From Nitrospirota bacterium (GTDB taxonomy: Bacteria > Nitrospirota > UBA9217), in contig CAWFSF010000006.1 of NCBI GenBank assembly GCA_963818475.1, positions 480,001 to 544,000 of the forward strand: a stretch of 64,000 nt of DNA. Direction: 5' to 3'. The position numbers were made by a program, and so were the translations under genes. Below, piece after piece: positions 30,928 through 43,429 of this stretch; position 1 is the stretch's first letter; each line of letters opens with the position of its first letter. Below the pieces are notes generated by a model. It searched no databases and had not been told where the DNA came from. It worked only from the letters and a program-made list of their open reading frames with translations.

Positions 30928-31569
30928 ATGAGCGTTATTCGAATACTGGTAGCTGATAACAATAGCGGCCAAGTTGAAGCCTTGACAGCCGCGTTAAAAA
31001 AACAGCCGGATTTTGAGGTGGTTGGAGTTGCCGCAACCAGGGAAAATGCTCTCAGACAGCTGTCTATCTTGCCTGATATCATCATTCTGAATCCTGATGT
31101 TTTAAAGCAGCGGACCCTGTCCCGCTTTATCCATTCGGTCCAGGCAAAATCTCCGCTGACCAGAGTAATTATCATGTTAGAGGACCATCCTTCAGATGAA
31201 ACCGTCATTACAGGCGTCAAGACGGGGATCAGGGGTTACATTCGAATTACCGACGGTCCGGTCATTGTGGCAAAGGCGATTCGCGCTGTTCATGATGGCG
31301 AAATATGGGCGGAACGCAGACTTCTCGAAATGGCAATATCAAAGCCAATGTTATTGCCGGAAACGCTTCTTTCTCATATCCCGGGACTTCAACCTCTGAC
31401 GGACCGTGAAATGGAAGTGCTCACCATGGTACTCCAGGGTGCTACTAATCGTGAGATCGCAGACAAGAGCAGTATCAGCGAACGGACCGTGAAGACACAT
31501 TTGTACCGTGTATATAAGAAGCTCAAGGTGAAGAGCAGGACGAAGGCGATAGCGCTTTTATCACATTAA
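30928..31569 (+). CDS. NarL/LuxR-family regulator with degenerate receiver domain
   Basis: LTDREMEVL...NREIA...SERTVKTH HTH; receiver-like N-terminus. Confidence 0.9.
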   Translation: MSVIRILVADNNSGQVEALTAALKKQPDFEVVGVAATRENALRQLSILPDIIILNPDVLKQRTLSRFIHSVQAKSPLTRVIIMLEDHPSDETVITGVKTGIRGYIRITDGPVIVAKAIRAVHDGEIWAERRLLEMAISKPMLLPETLLSHIPGLQPLTDREMEVLTMVLQGATNREIADKSSISERTVKTHLYRVYKKLKVKSRTKAIALLSH

Positions 31570-31653
31570 AATAACTCAAGTGCCGAGGCCGGCCCTTTCT
31601 TTCCTGCTCTCCGGCAATGTAATTGTCCTGGTTTAAAATAACTATCGTGTATT

Positions 31654-31696
31654 ACGCCCTGTGAAATGATCAGCTCATTTCACAGGGCGTTTTTTG
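31654..31696 (+). terminator. Intrinsic terminator
   Basis: acgccctgtgaaatga / tcatttcacagggcgt followed by a T-run. Confidence 0.85.
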
Positions 31697-31730
31697 TTCC
31701 TGGTGCAGGTAATGCCTGTGCCAGGTTCTG

Positions 31731-31759
31731 TTGACTTGGGCGTTAAAAGTCTATATGAT
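31731..31759 (+). promoter_or_regulatory. sigma70-like promoter, probably leaderless
   Basis: TTGACT-N17-TATGAT, 5 nt before ATG 31765. Confidence 0.6.
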
Positions 31760-31764
31760 GTCGC

Positions 31765-33018
31765 ATGTTCACTGTAATTTTTTGTTTATATCTTTTGGTT
31801 GCTGCCATCGGTTACTGGCTGCAATGGCTGAATTACACTCATCTGAAAGCCTATGGCCATGTTGTGCCTCCTGAATTTAGCGGAACTGTCGATCCGGCAG
31901 TGCTCGGGAAAATAAGCGCCTACACCGCTGAAAACAGCAGAGTGGCGATTTTCGAATCGATTATTGACAACGTTGTTGTGATCCTCTTCATGTTTTCGGG
32001 CATGCTCGGGGTCTATGACCGATGGATCGCCACTTTGTCCCACTCCTTTCTGGTGACCGGAATTCTTTTCCTTTTTATTCTTGTTAGTGTTCAGGCCCTG
32101 ATCGCTATCCCCTTCAGCCTGTACCAGCATTTTACGATCGAAAACAGGTATGGTTTTAATGCCATGACCTTCAGGCTCTGGCTAACTGATCTGCTCAAGA
32201 CTTTTGTCATCTCATCGATCCTGGGTTGCATTGTCATTCTTGCAGCGCTCTCAATCGTGCAGGCCAGTCCGGAATGGTGGTGGCTCTGGGTCTGGCTCTT
32301 TTTCCTCATATTCGGCTTTTTTATGATGTTCATCTCACCCTATGTTATTGAGCCGTTATTCTTTAAGGTAGAGCCGGTCAAAACGGAAGGACTGGAAGGG
32401 AAGATCCGCCAGCTCATGGAACAGGCCGGGCTCAAGGTCAGCCGTGTTTTCCAGATGGATGCCTCCCGCCGGAGCCGCCACTCCAATGCCTACTTCACAG
32501 GCATCGGTAAGGTCAAACGGATCGTATTGTTCGACACGCTGATCGAGCAGATGACCCATGACGAGATTCTGGCTGTTCTTGCACATGAAGTAGGCCATTG
32601 GAAGAAGCGTCATGTTCTGAAGCGTCTTGTTTTGACCGAAGTGACGGCGTTTTGCGGTTTATATCTTGCCTACGTTCTTCTGCAGCGGGAAGAGCTGCCA
32701 GGCTTGCTTGGCTATACCGGGATTTCCTTTTACGCGCGCTTCATGATCATCGGTTTTTTGGGATCGCTTGTCATGTTTCCCCTGACCCCGTTGTTCAGTG
32801 CCCTGTCGAGACGTGATGAGCGGGAAGCTGATGATTTTGCCGCTGAGCTGACCGGACATCCGGAACAAATGGCCTCGGCACTTTTGAAACTCTCCCGAGA
32901 AAATCTATCCAATCTGCACCCTCATCCGTGGTATGCGGCATTCTACTATTCCCATCCGCCGGTGGTGAACAGGATCAGGATGCTGAAAAGCCGGAAAAGC
33001 GGAAAGGTGGATAATTGA
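31765..33018 (+). CDS. M48 (Ste24-like) membrane zinc protease
   Basis: NAYFTG, HEVGH, EREAD, YSHPP. Confidence 0.94.
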   Translation: MFTVIFCLYLLVAAIGYWLQWLNYTHLKAYGHVVPPEFSGTVDPAVLGKISAYTAENSRVAIFESIIDNVVVILFMFSGMLGVYDRWIATLSHSFLVTGILFLFILVSVQALIAIPFSLYQHFTIENRYGFNAMTFRLWLTDLLKTFVISSILGCIVILAALSIVQASPEWWWLWVWLFFLIFGFFMMFISPYVIEPLFFKVEPVKTEGLEGKIRQLMEQAGLKVSRVFQMDASRRSRHSNAYFTGIGKVKRIVLFDTLIEQMTHDEILAVLAHEVGHWKKRHVLKRLVLTEVTAFCGLYLAYVLLQREELPGLLGYTGISFYARFMIIGFLGSLVMFPLTPLFSALSRRDEREADDFAAELTGHPEQMASALLKLSRENLSNLHPHPWYAAFYYSHPPVVNRIRMLKSRKSGKVDN

Positions 33019-33273
33019 GATGTCAGGCACGCGGCAGGCCGGAGATTCCCTTCTTTCTTACCTTCTCACCTCCCCGTGTTTGGGTTTTTCCCATTGACCA
33101 TCATCTCCTTCTTGTGTTATTTTTAGCCCGCTTGGCGACCCGGCCATGGCGAAATCGCTTAAAGCCGCTGTTCTGGACCTGCAGACGGCGGTGGCAAGAA
33201 GCAGGCGACCTGGAAGTTGCTCAGGAAACCGTGATGCAAAATCCGCAATTAGATATTCAGAAAAGGAGTTGTA

Positions 33274-34524
33274 ATGACCATTCAGGCGATCAAGGGCGTC
33301 AAGGACATTCTGCCGGAGGATATCCCCGCATGGCGGCATCTCGAAGCTACGGCAAGAAAGATCTTCGAAGATTTCGGATTTTCCGAGATTCGGGTACCGG
33401 TTTTTGAATACACGGAGCTTTTCGCCCGGAGCATCGGTGCGACGACCGATATCGTTGAAAAGGAGATGTATACCTTCGAGGACCGTGACGGAAGGAAGAT
33501 AACGCTTCGCCCTGAAGGTACGGCCGGCGTTGTACGGTCATTCGTCGAGCACAAAATGTACGCAGATGCCCAATTAACGAGGCTGTACTATCTGGGACCC
33601 ATGTTCCGGCACGAACGTCCGCAAAAGGGGCGGTATCGCCAATTCCATCAGATCGGCGTTGAGGCGCTTGGTATCGACCACCCGCACGTGGACATCGAGG
33701 TCCTGGCGATGCTGCACCGCCTCTATGACGCGCTCGGCATCGGAGGGCTGACCTTGCAGGTCAACTCGCTTGGTGACAACGCCTGCCGCGGCTCCTACCG
33801 GGACAAACTTAAAGAGTATCTCAAGGACAAGCTGCCGACGCTCTGCGGGGACTGCCAGCGGCGCTACGAGACCAATCCGCTCCGCGTGCTCGACTGCAAG
33901 GTGGATGCCGATAAATTCGGCGATTCGCCGATCATGCTCGATCATCTCTGTGATCCCTGTAAGGTGCATTTTGAGACCGTTGAAGCGGGATTGAAAAAGC
34001 TCGGCATACCCTTTGCGATCAATCCCCGTCTTGTCAGAGGACTGGATTATTACACCCGAACGACCTTCGAGCTCGTCATGGGACATATGGGCGCACAGAA
34101 TACCGTGGCAGCCGGAGGCCGCTATGACGGACTGGTGCATGAGATCGGCGGGCCTGCGACAGCCGGCATCGGCTTTGCCCTCGGTGTCGAGCGGACGATC
34201 TCGCTCATGGACACGGCCATACTGAAGCTGCCGCAGCCAACGCTGTATCTTGCCGCACTCGGCAAGGAGGCTGTTGCCCTGGCGCTGCCTGTCGTACATG
34301 CACTGAAATTGCAGGGGATCCGGGTCGAGACGGATTACCAGGGTGCGAGCCTCAAAAGCCAGATGAAGAAAGCTGATAAGTACGGTGCGGGTTATACGCT
34401 GATCATCGGTGAACAGGAAATAGCGACCGGTACCGCTATCCTTCGTAATATGCAGACCAAGGAGCAGACTTCCCTGGCGTTCTCTGGTATCATTGAGGAG
34501 CTGCAGGTAAAACTGCGGACTTAA
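33274..34524 (+). CDS. hisS: Histidine--tRNA ligase
   Basis: LRPEGTA, FRHERPQKGRYRQF, RGLDYY, GGRYD. Confidence 0.97.
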   Translation: MTIQAIKGVKDILPEDIPAWRHLEATARKIFEDFGFSEIRVPVFEYTELFARSIGATTDIVEKEMYTFEDRDGRKITLRPEGTAGVVRSFVEHKMYADAQLTRLYYLGPMFRHERPQKGRYRQFHQIGVEALGIDHPHVDIEVLAMLHRLYDALGIGGLTLQVNSLGDNACRGSYRDKLKEYLKDKLPTLCGDCQRRYETNPLRVLDCKVDADKFGDSPIMLDHLCDPCKVHFETVEAGLKKLGIPFAINPRLVRGLDYYTRTTFELVMGHMGAQNTVAAGGRYDGLVHEIGGPATAGIGFALGVERTISLMDTAILKLPQPTLYLAALGKEAVALALPVVHALKLQGIRVETDYQGASLKSQMKKADKYGAGYTLIIGEQEIATGTAILRNMQTKEQTSLAFSGIIEELQVKLRT

Positions 34525-34642
34525 CCATTTTGAGTTGAGCTGATGTTCCCGCGATTTACCCGGAAAAGAAGCGCACATTAATCTTCTCGACGCGGGCCTT
34601 GTGCGGTATCGGGCCGTCTGTTCGATCATCAGAGGAGTTCTC

Positions 34643-35122
34643 TTGAAAGTAGGCGTCATCTCCGATACCCATATTCCGGCCATTGTGCCGTCCCTCCCTC
34701 CGGCTGTTTTTGAGATCTTTAAGAACGTCGACCTGATCCTTCATGCCGGCGATATTGTCGAACTTTCCGTCCTGGAGGAGCTCCGGGCCATAGCCCCTGT
34801 CGAAGCAGTGGCAGGGAATATGGACGATATGCGGGTACACCAGACCTTGCCGTTCAAAAAGGTGATGATGCTCGGCGCGTTCCGCGTCGGACTGATCCAT
34901 GGCAAGTGGAGGATCGACATTCAAAAGGAAATGATCCGCAAGGAGTTCGACAGCGTGGACCTGATCGTCTACGGGCATTCTCATACGCCGTTCTGGGGTC
35001 GGGTGGACGGCACGCTGTTCCTGAACCCCGGCAGCCCTACGGACAAACGCTACGCGCCCTATAACTCGGTCGCGATCCTGGACATTGGCGCCGAGCTTCA
35101 GGCAGAGATCGTGAAACTGTGA
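34643..35122 (+). CDS. YfcE-like metallophosphoesterase
   Basis: SDTH, HAGD, GNMD, GHSH, NPGS; TTG start after GAGGAG. Confidence 0.9.
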   Translation: MKVGVISDTHIPAIVPSLPPAVFEIFKNVDLILHAGDIVELSVLEELRAIAPVEAVAGNMDDMRVHQTLPFKKVMMLGAFRVGLIHGKWRIDIQKEMIRKEFDSVDLIVYGHSHTPFWGRVDGTLFLNPGSPTDKRYAPYNSVAILDIGAELQAEIVKL

Positions 35123-35253
35123 TCGCTCTTCAGCATCTATGAGCGGTACGCAGCATAGTGCAGGCGTTATAATTTCACCAGACTATGCTGCTTATGTTCC
35201 GACGATTTGTTTTAGTTGCAATAGAAAATTATTTATGTTATTTTTTAAAAACT

Positions 35254-36685
35254 ATGGCGAACGATAAAATAAAATTTGGGACCTCCGGATGGCGCGGCGT
35301 GATCGCCGATGACTTTACCTTTGAACGGGTACGGATCGTGGTCCAGGCGATCGCAGACCACCTTACTGCCCAGGGCTTGAAGGACAAAGGCGTGGTGGTC
35401 GGGTATGATACGCGCTTCCTGTCCGAACGGTTCGCTGCCGAAGCAGTAAAGGTCTTTGCCGCGAACGGCATCCGCTCCTCTCTTTCGAACCGCGATGTGC
35501 CGACACCGGCAGTCGCCTTCGAGATCATTCGCAGAAAAGCAGCAGGGGGCATCAATTTCACTGCCAGCCATAATCCGCCGGAATACAACGGGCTCAAGTT
35601 CTCCCCGGCCTGGGGCGGACCGGCCCTGCCGGAGACTACCAAAGATATTGAAACACGGGCCAATGCGCTGCTTGATAAGACTTCGGTCAAGTGCCATGCC
35701 GCTGGCTGAAGCAAAACAAAAGGGCCTGGTTGAAGATGCCGACCTTCGCAAGATCTACCTCGATGATCTCAGGAAAAAAATCGATCTCGAATCCATTAAA
35801 AAAGCAAAACTGAAGGTTGCCGTCGACCTGCTGTACGGGACCGGCAGGGACTATCTGGACACGGTGTTGAAAGACGCAGGTTGCGCCGTAACGGTCATCC
35901 ACGGGCATCGGGATGCGCTGTTCGGCGGACGTTCTCCGGAACCATCGGAAGAGAACCTCTTCGAACTGTCGTCGGTCATGAAAAAAGGAAAATTTGACAT
36001 CGGTCTCGCCGTCGATGGGGACGCTGACCGCTTCGGTGTCATGGATACCGACGGGACCTATATCAATCCCAACCAGGTTCTCGCCCTGGTTCTGGATTAT
36101 CTTTGCCGAAGCCGCGGGTGGAAAGGCGGCGCAGCCCGGTCCATTGCGACATCGCACCTCGTCGATGCAGTGGCAAAAAAACACGGCATCGAGGTCTATG
36201 AGACCGGCGTGGGGTTCAAATACATCGGCGATTTGCTGGTCCAGGGCAAGATCATCTTCGGCGGAGAAGAGAGCGCCGGGATGACGATCAAGGACCATGT
36301 TCCCGAGAAGGACGGCATCATCGCCTGCATGCTCGTGGCGGAGATGGTGGCACAGGAGAAGCGTCCTGTCAAGGAACTGCTGAAGCGGCTGTACAAGGAA
36401 GTAGGGACGATCCTTAACGACCGGGTGAACATCCGGCTGACCGATGTGAACCAGAAACTGGTTGCAGAACGGCTGGCACAGCCGCTGACCGAGCTGGGCG
36501 GACTGCGGGTCAAGGGGAAGAAGACAACGGCCGATGGGACCAAGTATATGCTCGAGGACGACAGCTGGGTGCTTATGCGCGCTTCGGGCACCGAGCCGGT
36601 CGTGCGCATCTATGTTGAGGCCGAGTCAGAAACAAAGATCCAGAATCTCATTGATTCAGGGAAGAAATTTATCCTGGGACAGTAA
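35254..36685 (+). CDS. Phosphoglucomutase/phosphomannomutase (apparent frameshift ~35696)
   Basis: FGTSGWRG, TASHNP, DGDADR, GEES, RASGTEP over two frames. Confidence 0.92.
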
Positions 36686-38065
<1,380 letters not shown>

Positions 38066-38081
38066 GAATAAGGAGCAAGTG

Positions 38082-38117
38082 AAAGCCGGAGGTCATAAAG
38101 ATCTCCGGCTTTTTTTT
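38082..38117 (+). terminator. Intrinsic terminator
   Basis: aaagccggag / ctccggcttt followed by a T-run. Confidence 0.85.
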
Positions 38118-38230
38118 CTTGATGTGGAGTCGCAGTCTTCTCCCTACATTTTCTATAGTTTGCGATTCCGATAAATGTACGTTTCATGCTATATTTTCGC
38201 TATCTTTCAATTGGAGTAAATACTGCACCC

Positions 38231-38617
38231 ATGGACCGCTCTTCATTTGAAAAACTCGTAGAAAATGCACTCACCCGTCTTCCGCGCAGGTTCAAACAGA
38301 AGATCAAGAATATCTCGATCGAGGTCGAAGACAGTCCCTCACCAGAGGTTCTGCATGAGATGGGGATCGAACGGGGAACGCTCTTCGGTTTGTACCAGGG
38401 GGTGCCCTTACCTGCGAGGGAGTGGAACTACGGCAATGTGCTGCCGGATCGCATCGTTGTTTACCAGCATCCCATTGAGCAGGCTGCGCAGTCGCCCGAA
38501 GAGATCGAGGAAATCGTTCTCGAAACGGTAATACATGAGATCGGACATTATTTCGGGTTTGATGATGATGAGTTGTATCGAATAGAGAAAGAAAAAAGAA
38601 AGAAGGATGCTGGGTAG
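38231..38617 (+). CDS. Zincin-like metallopeptidase (minimal)
   Basis: GLYQGVP, PDRI, HEIGHYFG. Confidence 0.88.
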   Translation: MDRSSFEKLVENALTRLPRRFKQKIKNISIEVEDSPSPEVLHEMGIERGTLFGLYQGVPLPAREWNYGNVLPDRIVVYQHPIEQAAQSPEEIEEIVLETVIHEIGHYFGFDDDELYRIEKEKRKKDAG

Positions 38618-38647
38618 TATCTGCAGCAGCAGCTGCTGTACTCCTGG

Positions 38648-39127
38648 TTATTTGTAGATCTTCAGAATCTTCTCAATGATCCCCGTTGTCGACGCGCCCT
38701 CAACGAACGGAACATTCACGACCCGCCCGCCCCGCGCCTCCACGACATCACGCCCGATGATCTTCTCGATCGGCCAGTCACCGCCTTTGACCAGCACATC
38801 GGGCTGCAACGCCGCAATGACCTTGTAGGGGTCTGGTTCCTCGAAGACCGTTACGAAGCTGACCGATTCGAGCGCTGCCAGCGTTTCCGCCCGGTCTTGC
38901 TGTGAATTGATCGGCCGCTTTTCCCCTTTGATCGAACGGACCGATGCATCGCTGTTTACGGCAACAACGAGAATGTCGCCGAGCGAACGAGCCGTGGCGA
39001 GGTATCGGGTGTGGCCCGGGTGAATGAGGTCAAAGCAACCGTTCGTGAAAACGACTGTTTGGCCTGTTGCCCTGAGCAGAGAAAGGAGCGGTGTCAGTTC
39101 AGCAATTGTTTTGATTTTAGCGAGCAT
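38648..39127 (-). CDS. rfaE2: D-glycero-beta-D-manno-heptose 1-phosphate adenylyltransferase
   Basis: FTNGCFDLIHPGH, NSDASV, KGGDW, STT. Confidence 0.92.
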   Translation of the reverse strand: MLAKIKTIAELTPLLSLLRATGQTVVFTNGCFDLIHPGHTRYLATARSLGDILVVAVNSDASVRSIKGEKRPINSQQDRAETLAALESVSFVTVFEEPDPYKVIAALQPDVLVKGGDWPIEKIIGRDVVEARGGRVVNVPFVEGASTTGIIEKILKIYK

Positions 39128-39224
39128 GCAGAAATATACTATAACATCGAAGGGAAAGCAAGCTGAGACAACGCCGAACCGCATGAGGTTCGAATTTGTT
39201 CTCTTGAGGCTAACCCGGTGGGGG

Positions 39225-40301
39225 CTATTCGTCCTGGCAGGTGGTGAATATAGTATCGAACTCTGGTGCGATCCTGATGAAAGCAGCGAGCACCTGAGGG
39301 TCGAAATGCTCCGGCATCGTACGCTGATCGCCTTTGGTGATGATGTCATAGGACTTTTGATGGTCAAAGGCTGGTTTATAGGGCCGTGCACTGCGCAGGG
39401 CGTCATATTGGTCGACCAGCATGACGATCCGTCCCTCAATGGGGATCTTTTCTCCCGCAAGGCCGAGCGGGTAGCCCTTTCCATCCCACCGCTCGTGGTG
39501 ATGCTGCGCAATGGATGCTGCCATTTGGATCGTGGGATAGTCGGAGCCGTCCAGGATCTTCTCCCCCATGGACGTGTGGGTCTTCATGATATCGAACTCT
39601 TCGCGCGTAAGCGGACCGGGTTTGAGCAGAATATGGTCCGGGATGCCGATCTTTCCGATGTCATGCATGGAGCTGGCAAAGGTCACGGTATCAATGAAGT
39701 CCGGCGACAGGCCGAGGGTTTCGGCTATTTTATGCGTATAGAGGCTGATCCGGGAAATGTGCGCTCCCGTGTCGGTATCGCGGTATTCGGCCACGGTCGT
39801 GAGGCGGGTCGTAATTTCTTTGGCGATGTTCTGGACCTGTTCAAGCGCGTTGGCCAGCTCCTGCGTTCTTTTTCGAACGGTATCCTCCAGCATTTCCTTG
39901 TAGTTCTTCTCCATCTGAACCAGCCGGGTGTATTTGACGGCCTTTTCAACGGCATACAAGAGGTATTCCGGGTTGTAGGGTTTCGTGATGAAATCAAAAG
40001 CGCCGCGTTTCAGCGCATCAACGGCAACATCAAGCTCCGCAAAGGCGGTCATCAGGATCACCGGGACCAGGCCGTTGCTGGTGTGAATGCGATGAAGCAG
40101 TTCGATGCCGGTGATCTCGGGCATCTTGATGTCGGTCAGGATGACGTCGAATTGCGTTTTTTTAAGCCTGTCCAGCGCTTCAAATCCACTGCGGCATGTT
40201 GCGACCTGATAGCCATATTCCTGCAGCAACGAGGCTATTGATTCGAGCACGTAGGGATCGTCGTCAACAACCAGGAGGGATTCTTTGTCTTTCTGGTTCA
40301 T
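39225..40301 (-). CDS. Response regulator with HD-GYP phosphodiesterase domain
   Basis: VVDDD, TDIKMP; [16 protein letters not shown]. Confidence 0.94.
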   Translation of the reverse strand: MNQKDKESLLVVDDDPYVLESIASLLQEYGYQVATCRSGFEALDRLKKTQFDVILTDIKMPEITGIELLHRIHTSNGLVPVILMTAFAELDVAVDALKRGAFDFITKPYNPEYLLYAVEKAVKYTRLVQMEKNYKEMLEDTVRKRTQELANALEQVQNIAKEITTRLTTVAEYRDTDTGAHISRISLYTHKIAETLGLSPDFIDTVTFASSMHDIGKIGIPDHILLKPGPLTREEFDIMKTHTSMGEKILDGSDYPTIQMAASIAQHHHERWDGKGYPLGLAGEKIPIEGRIVMLVDQYDALRSARPYKPAFDHQKSYDIITKGDQRTMPEHFDPQVLAAFIRIAPEFDTIFTTCQDE

Positions 40302-40663
40302 GTTTTTGCTTTCTCCACCCGTCTTGCGGGAGGACGCTGCATCCAGCCTGTTTGTCCCCGCTCGCCGTAGTCAGATATCTGCTGCTCCGGTCATCATTGC
40401 GTCTGGTCGTGACCGCACCGAGGCTCATGCGTCATGGACAGTCTCTGCTATTTACACGGAATGCTATCTTGTCGATGAGCAGGATGCAAGCAAAATTTAT
40501 AGTATAACATTTCCGCAGGAAACTGACGAAATAAAATTATTTTCATGCAGATATTCAGGCGGACTACTGATGGATGCAAATCTTCGCTCTGTTCGGGCGA
40601 ATCTATCTGAGGATGACGAATTGCCTGAGTTGTCATGCAGCAGTTTGGTCGATTGCGGCCAGC

Positions 40664-42385
40664 CTATCTGATATATGCCTCGGTCACATAACGCCGCATC
40701 ATACGGTGACTGTTGAAATAGTAGGCGTTCTTGCTGATGGCGTTCTTCATCATACGGCTCCAGCCGCTCTTGTTCGGGTTATAGTATTTCGGAATGATCA
40801 GGTTCTCAAGCTTGTCATAGAGGTCAGCCACGTCCTCGGCATCTGAAGCGCCGGGCTCCGATGTTTCGGTAGGCTTGGCGCCGATAGACCAGCCGGTAAA
40901 TCCCTCGATATGACCCTCGATCCACCAGCCGTCGAGTACGCTGAAATTGACCACACCGTTGTGCGCGGCCTTCATCCCGCTGGTGCCGGATGCCTCAAGC
41001 GGACGGAGCGGGGTGTTGAGCCAGATATCGACGCCCGAGACGAGCTTGAGGGCAATGTCCATGTTGTAGCCCGGAAGGAAGGCGATGGAGATCTTTCCTT
41101 TGAGCTTGTCGCGATACCCGTAGATCCCCTGAATAAGGCGCTTCCCGTTATCATCGTGCGGGTGAGCTTTGCCGGCGTAGATGATCTGGATCCTGCCCTT
41201 TTCATTGATCTTCAGCAGCCGCTCGATGTCGGAGAAGAGCAGGTGCGGTCGTTTATAGGCCGTGGCACGCCGCGCGAAACCCAGGGTAAGGACATTGAGG
41301 TCCATCTCCACGCCGGTCGTGTTGCTTACATACGTCAGCAGCTTCCGTTTCGCCTCGCGGTGCGCTTCCCACAGTTCGAGTTCCGGAATGTTGCCCGAGC
41401 GAACGAACAGCTCCGGTTCATTCGCCCAACCGGGAATGTATATATCGAACAGCCTGGCCATGTCCGCGCAGGTCCAGGTGAAGGTATGTACGCCGTTCGT
41501 GATGGCATGGATGTGGTAGCCGGGGAACATGTGCTGCGACACTTCCCCGTGTTTTTTCGCCACGCCGTTGATATATTTGCTGAGATTGAGCGCCAGCATC
41601 GTCATGTTCAGGTTGTCCTTGCCCGCCAGGTCCTTGAGCACGTCGAAGGGAATGATCTCGCCGAGCACTTTGCTGACGAGCGGGTAGGGGAACTTGTCAT
41701 GCCCGGCCTCAACCGGCGTATGGGTCGTGAATACGCAGAGGTCCCGCACCCGGCCGACGTCCCAGACCGAACGCTCGTCCCACACGGTCTCGATGTCACG
41801 CTTGAACCGGAGGAGCAGTTCCAGCGCCAGAAAGCTCGCATGCCCCTCGTTCATATGATATTTTTTGATGTGAAAATCGAGCGCATGGAGCATACGCACA
41901 CCGCCCATGCCCAGCACGACTTCCTGCTTGATGCGGTAGGTGCTGTCGCCGCCATAGAGATAATCGGTGATGCACCGGTCTTCCGGCGTGTTTTCCGGGA
42001 GGTCGGTATCCAGGAACAGCATGGGCACCCGTCCGCCGGTGGGACTGATGACCTGATAGAACCAGGCCTGGATACGGACATCGCGCCCCTCGATTTGCAC
42101 TTTGACCGTTTCTTTCAGGAGCGTCATGTGCGTGGCCGGGTCCCAGACCACGGGCTTTTCATGCTGCCATCCGAAACCGTCAAGTTCCTGGGTAAAGTAG
42201 CCCTTCCTCGTGATGAGCGTTACGGCCACCATCGGCAGGTTGAGGTCGGCTGCTGATTTTATCGTGTCGCCGGCCAGAATGCCGAGGCCTCCGCTGTAGG
42301 TCGGGATATCGTTCTTCACGCCGATCTCCATGGAGAAATAGGCGATCATCGGTTCTGCGGTAAATTCATGCAGGGTAGCGTTCAT
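40664..42385 (-). CDS. glgP: Alpha-glucan phosphorylase
   Basis: YSGGLG, NEGH, ARRATAYKR, EASGTSGMKA. Confidence 0.95.
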   Translation of the reverse strand: MNATLHEFTAEPMIAYFSMEIGVKNDIPTYSGGLGILAGDTIKSAADLNLPMVAVTLITRKGYFTQELDGFGWQHEKPVVWDPATHMTLLKETVKVQIEGRDVRIQAWFYQVISPTGGRVPMLFLDTDLPENTPEDRCITDYLYGGDSTYRIKQEVVLGMGGVRMLHALDFHIKKYHMNEGHASFLALELLLRFKRDIETVWDERSVWDVGRVRDLCVFTTHTPVEAGHDKFPYPLVSKVLGEIIPFDVLKDLAGKDNLNMTMLALNLSKYINGVAKKHGEVSQHMFPGYHIHAITNGVHTFTWTCADMARLFDIYIPGWANEPELFVRSGNIPELELWEAHREAKRKLLTYVSNTTGVEMDLNVLTLGFARRATAYKRPHLLFSDIERLLKINEKGRIQIIYAGKAHPHDDNGKRLIQGIYGYRDKLKGKISIAFLPGYNMDIALKLVSGVDIWLNTPLRPLEASGTSGMKAAHNGVVNFSVLDGWWIEGHIEGFTGWSIGAKPTETSEPGASDAEDVADLYDKLENLIIPKYYNPNKSGWSRMMKNAISKNAYYFNSHRMMRRYVTEAYIR

Positions 42386-42583
42386 AATGCTCCTTCATAG
42401 GGGGGAACCATTTGAACAATTCCCATAGTAAAGATAACAGAAACAGCAGTACATTTCAACAGGCGAGAGGAGGAGTTATCAGGTCTTGATGGCGGGAAAA
42501 GAATTTGTGACAGCGGGAATAGGACAACACCATTTTATGCATAGAAGTTTCCCCGATCCCGACAATCCGGAATCAAAAAAGCG

Positions 42584-42679
42584 TTTCTCGCAATGACGCC
42601 TAGCTTGCAAAGCAAGGCCAAATCTGCTGGTCTAAATTCTAGATTTAAAGGTTTCCTTTTTTTGCGGTTTTGCGAGAAA
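42584..42679. repeat. Degenerate palindromic element
   Basis: tttctcgcaatgacgc...gcaaag / tttgcggttttgcgagaaa. Confidence 0.55.
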
Positions 42680-42714
42680 ATTATTCGATTGTTTGTTTTG
42701 AATTCGAACACCTA

Positions 42715-43287
42715 CTATTTTTTATCGCTATTATAGGCGTAAGCGCTTAGTCTGGCCTTCGCCAGTTCGATCAAACCGAAAACCTTCAAATCGATGAGCG
42801 TTCCTGCCTTCTGCATAGTCTTCAAGTAGTCCTGAACGTCCCGGAGCGGCACGTCGATTACCTCGATGATCTCATTGTCATCGCCGCCGTTCTTGCCCAC
42901 AGGGGTAAGCTCGGTGCAGAGATAGGCCCTGAGCAACTCTGTCGAGGCGCCGGTTGAAATGGGGCCTTCCGTAAGAAAATCAATGCTGCCTGCTTCCCAG
43001 CCTGTTTCTTCTATCAGCTCCCGTTTTGCGGCTGCCTCCATGGACTCGCCGGGATCTACGAGCCCGGCCGGAAGTTCGATGACTGCACGGCCGAGCGGGG
43101 GCCTGAACTGCTTTTCCAGCAGGATCGATCCGGCTGGCGTGATCGCTACCATGACGACGATGCCGTTGATGCCTACGCGCTCAAGCGCCTCCCAGGTGCG
43201 CACTTTGCCGTGAGCGTCACGGTAGGTGATCTCCACGGCGCTCATGAAACTGCCTTTCCACATCACTTTTTTGCTGAGAATTTCCAT
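42715..43287 (-). CDS. NUDIX hydrolase (ADP-ribose pyrophosphatase-like)
   Basis: QFRPP, ELPAGLVD...AAKRELIEETG. Confidence 0.9.
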   Translation of the reverse strand: MEILSKKVMWKGSFMSAVEITYRDAHGKVRTWEALERVGINGIVVMVAITPAGSILLEKQFRPPLGRAVIELPAGLVDPGESMEAAAKRELIEETGWEAGSIDFLTEGPISTGASTELLRAYLCTELTPVGKNGGDDNEIIEVIDVPLRDVQDYLKTMQKAGTLIDLKVFGLIELAKARLSAYAYNSDKK

Positions 43288-43295
43288 ACGCTTTT

Positions 43296-43420
43296 AAATT
43301 TCAAAAATCAAATCACAAATCTCAAATAACATCCAATATTCAAATCACAAAGACCGAAACGTTTGAAATTTAGAATTTTATTTTGGAGCTTATTTGTTAT
43401 TTGGTGTTTGGAAATTGGCG
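43296..43420. repeat. AT-rich palindromic heptamer element, same family as 7833-7950
   Basis: aaatttcaaaaatcaaatcacaaatctcaaataac / ttggagcttatttgttatttggtgtttggaaattgg. Confidence 0.75.
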
Positions 43421-43429
43421 CTTGATCTC

